Assembly: GCA_043228905.1 (NCBI GenBank)
Contig: JBHGNT010000031.1
Coordinates: 272,883-336,882 of the forward strand
Length of the DNA: 64,000 nucleotides
Origin: Azolla caroliniana
Taxonomy: Eukaryota > Plantae > Polypodiophyta
Direction: 5' to 3'
The translations under genes were made by a program, and so were the position numbers. Shown here piece by piece: positions 38,280-51,002 of this stretch. Numbering within the stretch: the stretch's first letter is position 1; the number at the start of each line of letters is the position of its first letter. Under the pieces are notes generated by a model. That model saw nothing but the letters and a program-made list of their open reading frames with translations. It did no database searches and was not told the origin of the DNA.

Positions 38280-39770
38280 GGTAGTGAATCATGAGTACGC
38301 ATGGGAAGGGCTTGTGGGAGCATGAAGAAGGTGGGTAACGGGAATCGTCCAACGGCATGGCTCCCACTGCAGCCGGACTTCGTCGTTTTCTTGTTGTTGA
38401 GGAACCTCCGCAAGTCGTGCACGGTGGAATTCGTGTTGAGGGCCCCACACCGGGTAGTGGCGGATGACATGGCCAGGGTTACCATAATAGAGACAGAGGC
38501 CATTGTCACAACGATGTTGGCGTTGGGCATCAGTTAGAGGTTGGAACCGAGCGCGATCGATCTCCATCAAGGTATGGGAATTGACCTTCATTGTAGGATG
38601 AGTGTCATTGGGTGATGGTAAGGTTGGAGGTGGGGGGCGAAACTAAGACGTAGGGCCTGGCTATTGATGTGTTTCGGGAGGAAGACTGAAATCCGTGAGT
38701 CCCATGTTCTTCCTAACGAAGTTCGAACAAACGATTATCACATTGGACAACTTGGGAGATTACTTGAGACAATGATGTGGGCTTTGGAAAGTTCAAGAGA
38801 AGAGTCTTGACATCGTTTCGGAGACCACGGACGAAAATGGTCGCATAAGGCTTGGTCATCCCAACTGACATCGCAGGCAATTTGGCGGAACTCTGAAGCA
38901 TAGATAGAGACTGGACGTGATCCTTGTTGGAATGAATAGAGCTTCGTGAGTGCCGTTCGTCGCCAGTCTGTCTCGCCGAATGTAGCTTCGAGCTCACCAA
39001 GGAAAGCGATGAAGTTTCTAAGCGAGGGGATGAGGTCTCGACCAAGGGTGCAAACCATGCTTGCGGTAGCCTGGAGAGAAGGGTGCTGATGAGGCCAACT
39101 CGAGAAAAGTCGTTAGCATACTGTTGGGGCTGTAATCGGATGATCAACCGAATTTGATTGATGAAGCCGCGAAGATGCACCCTTGTGCCATTGAATTTAT
39201 CGGGTAGGCTGACGGTGGGTTCGAGGACATATGAATGGGAAGAGGAAGTGGTTGGGCTAGGTGCCGACGGTGGTTGTGGCTCGGTGGGTGGTGGGTTTCT
39301 TGATGTGGCAGATTGAAGCTCCCGTAATGATTCTCGAAGGATTTCATTTTTGAGTTGAAGTTCTTGCAAGGTTGTCATTACTTGGTTTAGGTTGTCAACG
39401 GATTCAGACATGGTAGCAATATGGGAAGGTGAACAAACTGTCACGGACAAGTATAATAGAGTAGGAACAAGACGAGACTAAGAACTAGGAGAGAGAGAAA
39501 ATGAACAAGAACTTGACTTATGATTCCGTAACTGGTGTTGTTCACCTTGATTAGAATCAAGGTGCACCTGAGTATTTATACAAGAAGGTAGAGGTATGTA
39601 TACTAGCTAGGAATAGAGAATGCATGAAGATGCTTGCAAGTTAGGAACTTCCAATGTTCAATCTACCATACATGAAGTTGGATTTTATACAAGGATGCAT
39701 AGATGGAGGGTTTCCCAATGGAGACCAAGAGGTCTTGGGTTCAATCCCTACCTTCCATCGTGGTGTGGCA
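38280..39770 (-). mobile_element. Tf1/Tcn1-like chromovirus fragment: LTR, self-priming PBS and degenerate gag
   Basis: The LTR end is at 39439 (its far end is uncertain) and the gag ATG at 39411. Gag reads LPDKFNGTR..LRGFINQIRL, AWFAPL, MEIDRARFQPLT...GLCLYYGNPGH. The PBS (39426-39436) is complementary to 39538-39548. Confidence 0.8.
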
Positions 39771-40065
39771 TATGTCTATGACAGATCTATTGGAGCTTCC
39801 ATGTGGTGCTATGAATTATGTGATCATTGAGGGTAGATTATTAAAGGCACCACGGATGAAGCAGACATATGTTAAATGTCAAAATTGCAATATTACATTG
39901 TGAATAGTAACCCCTAATGTTGGCCTCAATACAAGGTAAAAATGCTAGAACATATCCATAGCATCTCACTACCCCCCATGTAGTCTTGACCCTTGAAGAG
40001 CCCTAATACTTCTTCGAACTCCTCATGCAAGTTCGATGTCGAGGTAGCATCATGGCATCATCATC

Positions 40066-40508
40066 TGTTGAGCGAGCAAGCTTAACCGGATCCGAATCGG
40101 CTGAATAAGCCATAGCCGGATCGGTATCCGGATCGGTGTCTGGATGATATCCAGAACCAGGAGTCGGATCAGATTGAAACCGGTAGGTTGTTAGAGGCCT
40201 ACGGATCCAGCCTAGTACGTAGGCATATTTTTGGGACTCAGTGACAGTCGCTCGTATGAGCGTTGAAATACCTGTCAGTACTTCCGTCAGTCCTTTATGG
40301 ACTTGTATAAAAGTGCTCTCTAAGCACATTCTATGTACATACAGTGATATACAGAGTGTTATTACTTTTTAAATAGAGTTTACGTTCTTCTCTCTCTCTG
40401 TCTCTCCCGCGCATATTCTCTGTGTTAAGCTTCCATTGAACCTTTCTCTCTACTGTTGCTATCCGGTAGAGTCGGTTTGTAATACGCTTCCGCATGCTAA
40501 CTTTGACA
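40066..40508 (+). mobile_element. Solo LTR (443 bp), probably Copia type
   Basis: TGTTGA...TTGACA termini; TSD TCATC/TCGTC with one mismatch; TATAAAA box and (CT)n tract. The cgcttccgca motif near its end resembles cgtttccgca in the 14232-14536 LTR. Confidence 0.75.
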
Positions 40509-40722
40509 TCGTCCAAATATGAAGATATGAAGATCCAAATGTGTAGAATGAGAACCTAGTTGGGGATGAACACAATCTCAGATTATAAGGTAATTCGTGA
40601 GAAATATGGTGACTTATTAGACAGGAATGATAGTGTGACTTATTAGAATATAAGGTGATAGTTGATTAGTTAAGGAAGTTGCAGTTTCCCTTGTAGGATA
40701 ATATACTTCCTAATTGTCATAT

Positions 40723-43700
40723 TGTTGGGTATGTGAGGAAGAGTGGGAAACACACAAGAAGCTCAAAGAAGGAAGCACTCACACGAGGAAGGCAATGGCT
40801 GGAATAGCTCTCTATTGATGAATATTTCTCAAAAAAATTAGGAGCTGAAATATATATCCCTAAGTACTAAGTACCACCACATATGAGTGACTCATGTATG
40901 TGGTAACATGGGGAAAAAACCTCTAGCCAGCACTAGAGTAAAAAGTGCCCATGTATAGGGAAAATGGTTCACATCAAAGCTACTAGAGGAACACGCAAGT
41001 GTAACAAACCCCCCTGGATCGAATGATGTGAACATGTACAAGGAGTGACAGATCAGCCCCCACAAGGCAATAAGCCTAAAGCTTTGCGAAAAGCTTCAAA
41101 CTTTTCTCGTGGAAGAGCTTTGGTGAATATGTCTGCCACGTTATCTTGTGTAGGCACATATACCAAATCAATATCTCCTGCATGAAAGCGCTCTCTCACA
41201 TAGTGATAATGCACCTCAATGTGTTTGGTCCGTGCATGAAATACAGGATTTCGTGCAACAGCCAATGCACTCTGACTATCTGTGAGAATACGTGTAGCAA
41301 CTTCAATCTCCATGCAAAGATCCATCAAAAGGCGTCTTAGCCATATACACTCCACTGTAGCTGTGAAAATTGCCCTGTACTCAGCTTCACAACTTGATGT
41401 CGCCACTGTAGGTTGCTTTTTACTCAACCAAGATATACATGAGTTTCCAAAGAAAAAGCAATTACCACTAGTGGACACGCGAGTATCATAACAACCAGCC
41501 CAATCACTATCTGTAAAAGCATGCAAGCATGGCTGAGTATTTCTGCCATAAAAGAGACCCAAGCTCAAAGTGCCTCTAAGATATCTGAACACACGTTTCA
41601 CTGCTTGCCAATGCTTAGTGCCAGGGCTATGCATGAATCGACTCAATTGGGAGACTGCATACTGTATATCCGGCCTTGTATTGCATGCATATATAAGACA
41701 TCCCACAGCTTGTTGATAAAGAGAAGTATCAAACGCATCACTAGAATCCTCAACAGAGAACCTAAATCCTGTCTCCACAGGTGTATAAACCGGCTTGCAA
41801 TCCTCAAAGTCAAAACGCTGAAGTAGTTTTTCAACATACTTTCCTTGATGCATAAACATTCCCCCCTCAACGGATACAAACTGGATGCCAAGATAGTAGC
41901 TCAAAAGACCAAGATAAGTGACTTCAAAAGTATGTTGCAAATCAGCCATAAGAAAATCGAGTTTTGCATCACATGACCCAGTCAAGAGTATGTCATCAAC
42001 ATAAAGAACGAGCACTAGAAGATCAGCCCCATCTTTGCGTACATAAAGTGTGCTTTCAATCGGACTACATGTGAAGCCAAGAGAAATCAAGTGCTTATGG
42101 ATTTTTTCATACCATGCACGCGGAGCTTGCTTGAGACCATACAAGGCCTTATGCAAGCGACAAACCATATGCTCTTTCTCTTTCGTAGCAAATCCAGGAG
42201 GTTGCTTCACATAAACCTCTTCTTGCAAATCACCATTTAAAAAGGCTGTTTTTATGTCCAATCGATGCATTTTCCAACCTCTTTGGGCAGCCAATGCAAC
42301 CATGGTACGAATGGTAGTCATGCGTGAAGTAGGTGCAAAAGTTTCCTCATAATCAATGCCATATTGTTGGGCATATCCTTTGGCAACCAATCTAGCTTTG
42401 TAGCGATCAATACTACCATCGGGCTTTCGTTTAATCTTGTAAACCCACCTAGTACCAATCACATTCTTTCCTTTTGGCAATTCACATAACTCCCAAGTAC
42501 CATTTTTATGAATGGAATCCATTTCTGATTGCATAGCACTCATCCAATGTGGATCATCACATGCATCTTCAAAAGTAAGTGGCTCCTCATTACATGCTAT
42601 TGCAACAATAGAATAATCCACAAAATTACCTGATGCATGGCGAGAGCTTGATCTTGTTTTACCAAGTAAAGGTGCACTCAATTTGCTATCTTGCAAAGTT
42701 TGTTTCAGCCACCTCGGCATAGTTTGTGACCTCTCGATAGCCATACGTTCATTATGTAATACATCTTCAATATGTACATCATGCGTGGGCTGAATTTCAT
42801 GCTCATTTTCAGCCACATTTGGTTGGACATTTCGTGCATTTTCAACACTTATTTGCTGGAAATTTTTATCCCTTTGAGACTCACTTGGCTGGTCTACATG
42901 TCCATGGTCAAGCGCAGCACTTTGGAACAAAGGCATGAGTGTATCAAACACATCTTGTGAGCTAACTGTTGGTTGTTTTTTGCATTCAAGAAAAGGGAAA
43001 GCTGAATTTTCAGCAAATACCACATCTCGACTCACAATAATTGTGTCCGTCAATGGATGATACAAACGATATCCCTTACTTTCCGCACTATAACCAACAA
43101 ATATGCATTTCTTTGCCTTGTCATCAAGTTTGTGACGTTGTTGTGATGGCACAAGAGCATATGCCAAACAACCGAACACACGCATATGACTAACCATAGG
43201 TTTATGTCCATTCCAAGCCTCATATGGCGTAATGACTCTCAACGCTTTTGTAGGGCAACGATTCAACACATAATTTGCACACATAACCGCTTCCATCCAA
43301 AACTTGTTAGGAAGATGCTTTCCTTTAACCATACATCGTGCCATCTCTAAGAGTGTTCTATTTTTGCGTTCTGCAACACCATTTTGTTGAGGTGTATATG
43401 GCACCGTACATTGATGTAAAATACCTCTTTCACAAAGAAAAGCATTAAACTCATGTGACATATATTCGCCACCACGATCCGTGCGTAGAGTCAAGAGCTT
43501 ATTTGCGGAAAAAATTTCAGCCATAGCTAAAAATGATTTGAAGCAAGAAAAGACTTCATTCTTTGCTTTCATAGGATACACCCATGTATGACGAGTAGCA
43601 TCATCAATGAAGGTAACAAAATATACATGTTTTCCAAAAGATGGAGTCTTTACAGGACCACACACATCACTATGAACAAGTTGTAATTTTCTTGTAGTGT

Positions 43701-45895
43701 GTGTATGACTATCTTTTGGAAAAGAAGCACGATGCATTTTTCCAAGAATGCAACCTTCACATGCATGTTTTTCAATGGACTCAAGTGTAGGCAACCCAAT
43801 AACCATATCCTTCTTTTGCAAGTGAAGCAAACTATTGAGGTTCAAGTGACCAAAACGAGCATGCCAAAGCTCCATTTCAGCCATGGAAGAAGTATGTACA
43901 GCCAAGGCATTTAGAGAAGCCCTCTTGTATGTATCTAAACGGTACAAGCCATTGCATAATGTACCGGACATCACAATAACATCACCATTGCTATAATCGT
44001 GAACCATGCACTTATCATCAACAAAATGTACATGAAGTCCGGCTTTGGCAATCAAAGGAACCGAAATTAAGTTCTTCTTGATACCGGGCACATACAATAC
44101 ATTCTTCAAGATGACAACACCTCCATTTGCAGCCGAAAGCTCAATTTCTCCTACTCCAATGATAGGATAAGAGGCATTGTTTGCACACACCACATGTCCA
44201 CCTTTGGGTGCATCTTTCAAGGATGCAAAAAAACTTTTGCATGAAGTAATGTGCTTTGAAGCACCACTATCAAAGAACCAATCCGAATCAATCTCACTTA
44301 CAACCATACATTTAGAGTGCAATGATGCATCATAATGATATGTAACAACACATGCCCAATAATCTTGAGCCATGTTGGCCTCATCACTCTTTGCACTTGA
44401 AACATTTTCAGAAATGGTCATGCCGGATTCCTTCTTCTTCTCATTGCGCTTAACAAGCTTTCTACATTCTTCAATCGTATGGCCAACCTTTCGACAATAT
44501 TTGCATCTTTTCTTCTTTTGCAAATCACCATCATTAGAGGAATAAGTGAAAGAGGGAGGTTGAGGCTTTGGTTTTGAAGAACCAAAAGCTGAACCATGCT
44601 TGCCTTTTCCTTTTTGTGAGATAGCAAGTGCTTGTGTTCCCTCTATCAAACCACTTCTATTCACTCTAGATTGTTCTTCTTGCAAAAGAAGAGACACAAC
44701 CTCATCAAATGCGTACATATCCGTATTCCCTTTTGCAACCAAACGAATAGTAGTAGCAAAGCTTTGAAAAGATTCGGGTAATCCTTTCAACAACGTAGAG
44801 ACAAGTGATGTATTCGAAATGATCTCATCAATGTTTGCCAATTGCTCTTTCAAATCTTTAATGCGTGTCACATACACATCTACCGACTCATTTTCAGCCA
44901 TATATACATCCTCAAGTTGCTTTCTCAAATATGCAACACGTGCTTCGTTACGCACGGCATACAACGAAGCAAGAGTGTCCCATGCTTGTTTGGACGTAGA
45001 GCATGACCGAATATGTGGAACTATATGACGCTTCACAGAAAGTGCAATCAATGCATGAGCTTGAGCATCTTTTCCATCCCATCTAAGTTGCTCTTGTGTT
45101 GGTGGAGTAGATGAAGTCACTGTGCTCGAAGATGAACCTGTATCTGTGATAGTAGACTGTGAAGTAGTAGGATCGGCGGGGCGTCGATCTACATCTACCA
45201 CTATGTTCCATAGTTGTTTGGCAACAAGAACGTGTTTCATCATGTAGGACCACATTGGATAGTTTGTCCCATCAAGCTTATCTTCAGCTTGAAGCATGCC
45301 AAACAAATCACCATTGTTTGCCATTTTACCAAAGAACAAGAAAGTGGTAAAATATTACCTCAACAAATCGGAAATGAGTGCTGAAAATGCAGCTCACAAA
45401 CTATCACTCGGATGACGATTTCGACTACACGAACGGCTTCGAAATGGGGGTAAAACAGCAGGGTACCTGCTGAAAATGCGCTCCAAGTGCTGAAATACAC
45501 TTCTCTATATTCGGAAGTTGATTTTGCACAATGAAAAGTGCGCGCGCGCCGCAACACCGCGATGCGGACAACCGAAGATGGAGAGGATGAAGAACTTGGC
45601 TCTGATACCACTGTTGGGTATGTGAGGAAGAGTGGGAAACACACAAGAAGCTCAAAGAAGGAAGCACTCACACGAGGAAGGCAATGGCTGGAATAGCTCT
45701 CTATTGATGAATATTTCTCAAAAAAATTAGGAGCTGAAATATATATCCCTAAGTACTAAGTACCACCACATATGAGTGACTCATGTATGTGGTAACATGG
45801 GGAAAAAACCTCTAGCCAGCACTAGAGTAAAAAGTGCCCATGTATAGGGAAAATGGTTCACATCAAAGCTACTAGAGGAACACGCAAGTGTAACA
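40723..45895 (-). mobile_element. Intact young Ty1/Copia LTR retrotransposon
   Basis: LTRs 40723-41006 and 45612-45895 (284 bp, no differences seen). TSD CATAT at 40718-40722 and 45896-45900; PBS tggtatcagagcc at 45610-45598; PPT at 41015-41009. Confidence 0.98.
41053..45339 (-). CDS. Copia gag-pol polyprotein, 1428 aa
   Basis: Uninterrupted ORF: gag, CKYCRKVGHTIEEC, protease FDSGAS, LWHARFGH...CEGC, integrase D-D-E (HSDVCGP, RTDRGGEY, NGVAER), RT (YKARLVAKG, LYVDD) and RH (FTDSDWAG, ADIFTK). Confidence 0.98.
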   Translation of the reverse strand: MFFGKMANNGDLFGMLQAEDKLDGTNYPMWSYMMKHVLVAKQLWNIVVDVDRRPADPTTSQSTITDTGSSSSTVTSSTPPTQEQLRWDGKDAQAHALIALSVKRHIVPHIRSCSTSKQAWDTLASLYAVRNEARVAYLRKQLEDVYMAENESVDVYVTRIKDLKEQLANIDEIISNTSLVSTLLKGLPESFQSFATTIRLVAKGNTDMYAFDEVVSLLLQEEQSRVNRSGLIEGTQALAISQKGKGKHGSAFGSSKPKPQPPSFTYSSNDGDLQKKKRCKYCRKVGHTIEECRKLVKRNEKKKESGMTISENVSSAKSDEANMAQDYWACVVTYHYDASLHSKCMVVSEIDSDWFFDSGASKHITSCKSFFASLKDAPKGGHVVCANNASYPIIGVGEIELSAANGGVVILKNVLYVPGIKKNLISVPLIAKAGLHVHFVDDKCMVHDYSNGDVIVMSGTLCNGLYRLDTYKRASLNALAVHTSSMAEMELWHARFGHLNLNSLLHLQKKDMVIGLPTLESIEKHACEGCILGKMHRASFPKDSHTHTTRKLQLVHSDVCGPVKTPSFGKHVYFVTFIDDATRHTWVYPMKAKNEVFSCFKSFLAMAEIFSANKLLTLRTDRGGEYMSHEFNAFLCERGILHQCTVPYTPQQNGVAERKNRTLLEMARCMVKGKHLPNKFWMEAVMCANYVLNRCPTKALRVITPYEAWNGHKPMVSHMRVFGCLAYALVPSQQRHKLDDKAKKCIFVGYSAESKGYRLYHPLTDTIIVSRDVVFAENSAFPFLECKKQPTVSSQDVFDTLMPLFQSAALDHGHVDQPSESQRDKNFQQISVENARNVQPNVAENEHEIQPTHDVHIEDVLHNERMAIERSQTMPRWLKQTLQDSKLSAPLLGKTRSSSRHASGNFVDYSIVAIACNEEPLTFEDACDDPHWMSAMQSEMDSIHKNGTWELCELPKGKNVIGTRWVYKIKRKPDGSIDRYKARLVAKGYAQQYGIDYEETFAPTSRMTTIRTMVALAAQRGWKMHRLDIKTAFLNGDLQEEVYVKQPPGFATKEKEHMVCRLHKALYGLKQAPRAWYEKIHKHLISLGFTCSPIESTLYVRKDGADLLVLVLYVDDILLTGSCDAKLDFLMADLQHTFEVTYLGLLSYYLGIQFVSVEGGMFMHQGKYVEKLLQRFDFEDCKPVYTPVETGFRFSVEDSSDAFDTSLYQQAVGCLIYACNTRPDIQYAVSQLSRFMHSPGTKHWQAVKRVFRYLRGTLSLGLFYGRNTQPCLHAFTDSDWAGCYDTRVSTSGNCFFFGNSCISWLSKKQPTVATSSCEAEYRAIFTATVECIWLRRLLMDLCMEIEVATRILTDSQSALAVARNPVFHARTKHIEVHYHYVRERFHAGDIDLVYVPTQDNVADIFTKALPREKFEAFRKALGLLPCGG

Positions 45896-45900
45896 CATAT

Positions 45901-47050
45901 GTGGGTGGGATTATTTTCAAATTTTCGGATTTTACTTGAAGTCTGTGGCCTTAGAGATGATAATACTTTCTTAAGTTATGATGTTCTACAGGATGGACAA
46001 TTAGGGATGATGCCCCTAGAAGATGAATGTGTGGTTGAGGCTACATTAAAACCAGTATTAGAATTCTAGCTAAGGTAGATAAGGTTTGGGTCCTTGACCT
46101 TGATCTTAATGATGTTCATCCATGGTGGGATCTATGGGTAATGGGAAAAAAACCATTATGTGAATTGGATTGGGACCGAGGGGAATGGAAATGGCTACCT
46201 ACATCATATTCTTGGGAGGATGTTAGGCCAATTCCATTTTTTCAATATTCCATTTGATTGGGAAGGGAGATGATATGACGTAGGGTACCCCATATGCCGA
46301 TAGCAGCTACAACATGGTTGACTTATAATGTTGATCCTACTCACATGACAACATTTTGGAAATGGCTATTGGCTATACAAATTCCAAAGAAAATTATTCT
46401 ATTTAGATGGTTGATTGTTCATTATACTGTTCCTGTTAGGGTTTGGATGTTTTGTAAAGATGTGGATAAGATGTGTGATTTTTGTGGGCTAGAAGTGGAG
46501 TCTCTTTATAACCTATTCTGGTCATGTATGGTTGCCAAATTGGTTTGGAAAAGGTTTTTACGTCTCTTGCATGAGGTGTATGGCTCTAGAGTATATAAAT
46601 GGGGGGTAGTTATGTGGGCTGATATTAAGGGTGAGGTACAAGATTATGAAAAAGAAAATGTTAACTTTGTGTTATATACAAGAGGTCAATATGTTGAGGA
46701 AATGTCGCCATGTATGCCTATTAATTCAGTTTAGAATGGAGTGGTTTGGGAAACAATTAGTTCAATAGCCTTACAGGTTTTGTGAACTAGTAGATGTCGA
46801 AGGATATTTTAGCAAATTCAATGGAATGTTGTGAATGTAGTCAAGGAGATTTGGGTGACCTTTGTGCATACACTAAAAGGAGAATATGATGCTATCAAAG
46901 GTGATTAAGATGTGGTCTTTCAAAAGTAATAGGTTTTTAAGAAGAGATGGGAAAGGATGAAGATATTTTGCATGGTTAATGGTTGTATACATTGGAGGTA
47001 TCAGCCATCGCTCTATGTATTTCCTCCACCGACATGAGGCATGTGGCCAT
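45901..47050 (+). mobile_element. Decayed LINE ORF2 3' region; probable target of the Copia and probably continuing at ~40520-40722
   Basis: FWKWL..IQIPKKIILFRW...CDFCGLEVESLYNLFWSC is zf-RVT-like; many stops. Confidence 0.7.
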
Positions 47051-49389
47051 GTATAATTGTTATTACTAATGCTTTGGGACATATGTATGTCTGTAGTAGT
47101 CCAAGAGTTGTTGAAAAGGTAAAAATCTATGCTGAAATTTCATGTAAATCGCTTTAAACATAATATAAACCATTGTTGGAAAAATAAAAATAAAAATAGA
47201 TTTTTCACCAAGAAAGGTGAGCACATATTGCGTGCATTATTTTCATATCAAGGACTTTGACTATAAAGAGTCACGTACAAGATGATATGTTGAGTTGGTT
47301 CCATAGGCTAACTTTGCTAAGGAAATATGTTGTGCTAAGTAATAATCTAGAAACTCTACTAACTTGATTCAATGAAATGGAGTCATTACTAAGGACAAGC
47401 TCAACAACATGTAGATTGTCCAACCAAATGGTTCTGATTTAGCCTTTAATTAGAAAGGTTCATCAATAACTAGAGCACTTGTTTATATAGCATAGTTGGA
47501 TACATGCATGCACGACACCTTGTAGCCCAACAATACAAAGGAGCATAATTCTACTCTAGTGACAAGTTGGTGCAGAGGCCTAAGATAGTTTCTAGTTTGG
47601 CTAACTAATCTCCAAAGTGCCAACTAGATGGGAAAGGGAGAGAGACGGACAAAACTACAGCCCAATAATAAGATAATTAACTCCTTTACTTTATGTTGAT
47701 CTCTTTCTTTGATAAGGAAGCTAGAAATGGACAAGCATTCATATTGACTCTGGTTTTTAATACATCTTTTTTATACTAACTACTAGATACACTAATAATG
47801 CCTTGTAACTTGACATTCATACCTTATAGTTATAGGTTGTGAATAATACATTTCATTATAATGTTATAACCTACTGAATAACCAACATCATTGCACACTT
47901 CTTGGATGGTGGCATATCTATAGATAAACCCAAAGCAAAACATAAAAAAAAAGTTTGGGTTATGTTTTGGGGTTGGCAATTATGGTTGGGGAACTAGTCG
48001 TGCAACATCAGTGTAGGGAGGCCATGGGGCCAAGACTCAAGAGACTGTTGAGTTGTTATGGGGCACACCAAACCAAAGGAGTAATAATTCGTGTGATGAC
48101 AAGACAAACAAATGGTCATCACATGAAATTGTGACATTATAACTACAAGTTGGATTGGTGTTGCATACATAAACTTGAGTAACTCCCCTTCATTATTTTG
48201 ATGTTAGCAGTTGCCAAAGTGGGCATGGATTTTGGTGGCCTTTGTCGTGTCCTTGGCTTCTATCTATCTCTTTCAACAAAATAAATTATAGAAAACCAAG
48301 TTTCTATTACAATTATAGTGTATTAATATACAACTTGTTATTACATAAGGAGCGAACTTTTGTTGAGCATTGCTCTCATGATAAGATACGAGAGATGACA
48401 ATGCAACGCATCATGCTTTCAACCTTCTTATAAAATATGTCCATTCCTCTTCTTTGTTTGCCTTTTTGACCTAGCACTTATCTTCTTGGGATGGATGTGA
48501 TGGTGAGAAGACCCCAAACATGAATTTTTGTTCACCCCTCTTGACTTAATGTTTGGATTGTTGATCCTTCTTTACCACTTTACCTTTTCAAATTGTGGCT
48601 CTTTATCCTTATTTTTTAGACTCACTTGTTCAACCAAGGAGATTCTGTGGTTTTCTAGTTGACCCTTGCTCCTTCAACTCAATGTGTTCCCACTATTACA
48701 ATTAGTACTAATGATATGCAATTAATTAAAACATTGGGAAAAGTTATGGATTAAGGGTGTTTAACTACACCAAACATTTTCTAAGAAAGGATAAGAAAAG
48801 AATGCAAAACCCCATTGATTGCTAACAAATCTTAAATACAATAGCTTTGTTGTATGTCTCACCAACATCCCCTTATACAATTGAACTCCAGCTCCTAGAT
48901 TGCCCCATGTCCTAACAGGTGTGTTTCACATCCTCTCTTTTTTCAAAACAAATATCCTTCCATTAGTTATATAAAAAGGTCATAACATCTACAGCATACA
49001 AAGTATTTTTTCCCAAGCCTGTCTTGTGTAAGAAAATGGCTGAGGAAACAAATCTATGTACTCCAAAGTAGAGAAAACAATCCACTAATTGCAAGCTATT
49101 CCATAGACACATTGCAAGGTATCCATATCCATAGACAACAACAAAAGTAGCTATATTCGGAAACAAGCCCTCACAGATCATAGTTATGAACCATTTCAAT
49201 ACTTCTTCAACTTGCTCCTATTCAACATCATCTTTATCCAAAAAAACGAATGCTACCACAAGCTTTCAAGGTAGATAATAGTGTATTCCATGCCTGTGCA
49301 TCTCGGATTTGAAGGTGATCAAATACGTTATGTGCTTTTTCAAGAGAACCACATTTCACATTCGTGACTGTAAACTCAACAAGTATGCT

Positions 49390-50170
49390 TCCTCTTTCCA
49401 TATCAATCATCTCGTCGGATTACCACCAAATTCCTGTACATACAACAACAAATTAAGTCAAGTTTCCTCCCCTCCTCATGAGCTTATGCTTCGCCCCCCA
49501 CACCATCATCACTCATCCTTCTCAAAAACATGTAAACTGTTTCGTTAAGTCCTCCTCAACCATCTCGTCGATTACCACCAAATTCTTGCACATAAACAAT
49601 AAAATGAGTCTAGATTCCGCATCTCCTCATGAGAATATGCTTCAGCCTCCACACCATCATCACTCATCCTTATCCAAAACATAAATTCTACTTCATTAAG
49701 TCCACATCAACCATCTCGTCGAATACCACCAAAATCCTGCACATACAACAATACAATGACTCTTGTTTCCTCATCTCCTCATGAGAATATGCGTCGTCCC
49801 CCACACCCTCATCACTCATCCTTGTCCAAAAACATACATTCTGCTTCGTCAAGTCCACATCAAACATCTTGCCGAATACCGCCAAAATCATGTACATACA
49901 AACAACTAAATGAGTCTTGTCTTCTCAAGAGACTATGTTTCACCCCCCACACCATAACTCATCCTTATCAAAAACATGAATTGTGCTTCATTAATCCACG
50001 TCAACCTCTCACTCTTGTTGATTTACCACCAAAATCATGTACCTACAAAAACAAAATGACACTACTCTCTTCTCCTCATTAAATTATGTTACAACCCTCA
50101 ACACCATCATCACTTATCCTTATCCAAAATTAGAAGATGCTTCATTTTCCGCATCCACCATCTCGCCCAT
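49390..50170. repeat. Tandem repeat of about five ~150-bp diverged monomers
   Basis: Anchor catctcgtcg...accaccaaa at 49408, 49561, 49712, 49865 and ~50011, with a partial copy at ~50158. Confidence 0.9.
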
Positions 50171-50631
50171 GTCATTCCACAGGACTGCCCCTACCACATC
50201 TGCCTCTTTTATGCCCTTCTTGTCAACCTGAAATATGAGGAGAGATGATAAGTGGGTTGAGGGAAGTTACACTAGAACTCCCTTTGTGCGTTGACTCAGG
50301 TGCTGCTCGGCGCTCTACTATTGCTCGTTTCTGTGTTCTCATTTTCAACCAGTGTGTTTCACATCCTAGGATAACCAGTCTCTCACTCATTTTACCATTA
50401 AATAAATTGAAGTTAACCCATATAATTTATTCATCGAGCTATGTAGGTAACACCTCCACACAACAATAAACATGCTACTTGAGCAAAGAAATCAAAACTT
50501 TTATAATTCGTGTTCATTAACAACAAAATCTACATTGATTTCAAACTCTTTCTCTTACTATTTTTTAGTGAAGCTTATATGCAAATAAACTAAAACATAT
50601 CCATATTAAAGTAGACATGAAGGCGTGATAC

Positions 50632-51002
50632 TAACAATCAGCAATGGTTCGGTTCGGTTCAGTTTGAGAGGGTCCAAACTAAACTGGTTTGGAACCGAAC
50701 CATTTAAATTTTTTAAAACTTGAACCAAACCAAACCATGAAACTGTTAAACCATTAAACTGTAAAAACCGTGGTTTCATGGTTCAGTTTTGATTTTCAAC
50801 ATAGGTCTAATTTTAATTTTTAAAATTTTTAAATTGATAATATTTCATTATTTTAAGTTTTAAAAATGTTTAAGATGTTCCTAAAATGTGAGAATAAGGT
50901 CAAAAAATGAAAGATTGTTTAAAAACAATATTTAAAAATTTGTTTAAAAAATAAAAAACTGCTAAACCGCGGTTTCGTGGTTCGAACCGTTGCCTATTGT
51001 TA
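50632..51002. mobile_element. Non-autonomous hAT-type DNA transposon (MITE, 371 bp)
   Basis: Perfect 8-bp TSD CGTGATAC at 50624-50631 and 51003-51010. 20-bp TIRs taacaatcagcaatggttcg / taacaataggcaacggttcg match at 17/20. Subterminal AACCG/CGGTT motifs. Confidence 0.88.

Noticed and set aside
39960-39980. PPT-like G run suggesting a shared LTR in a tandem element
   Set aside because: The LTR far boundary cannot be fixed without a second copy.
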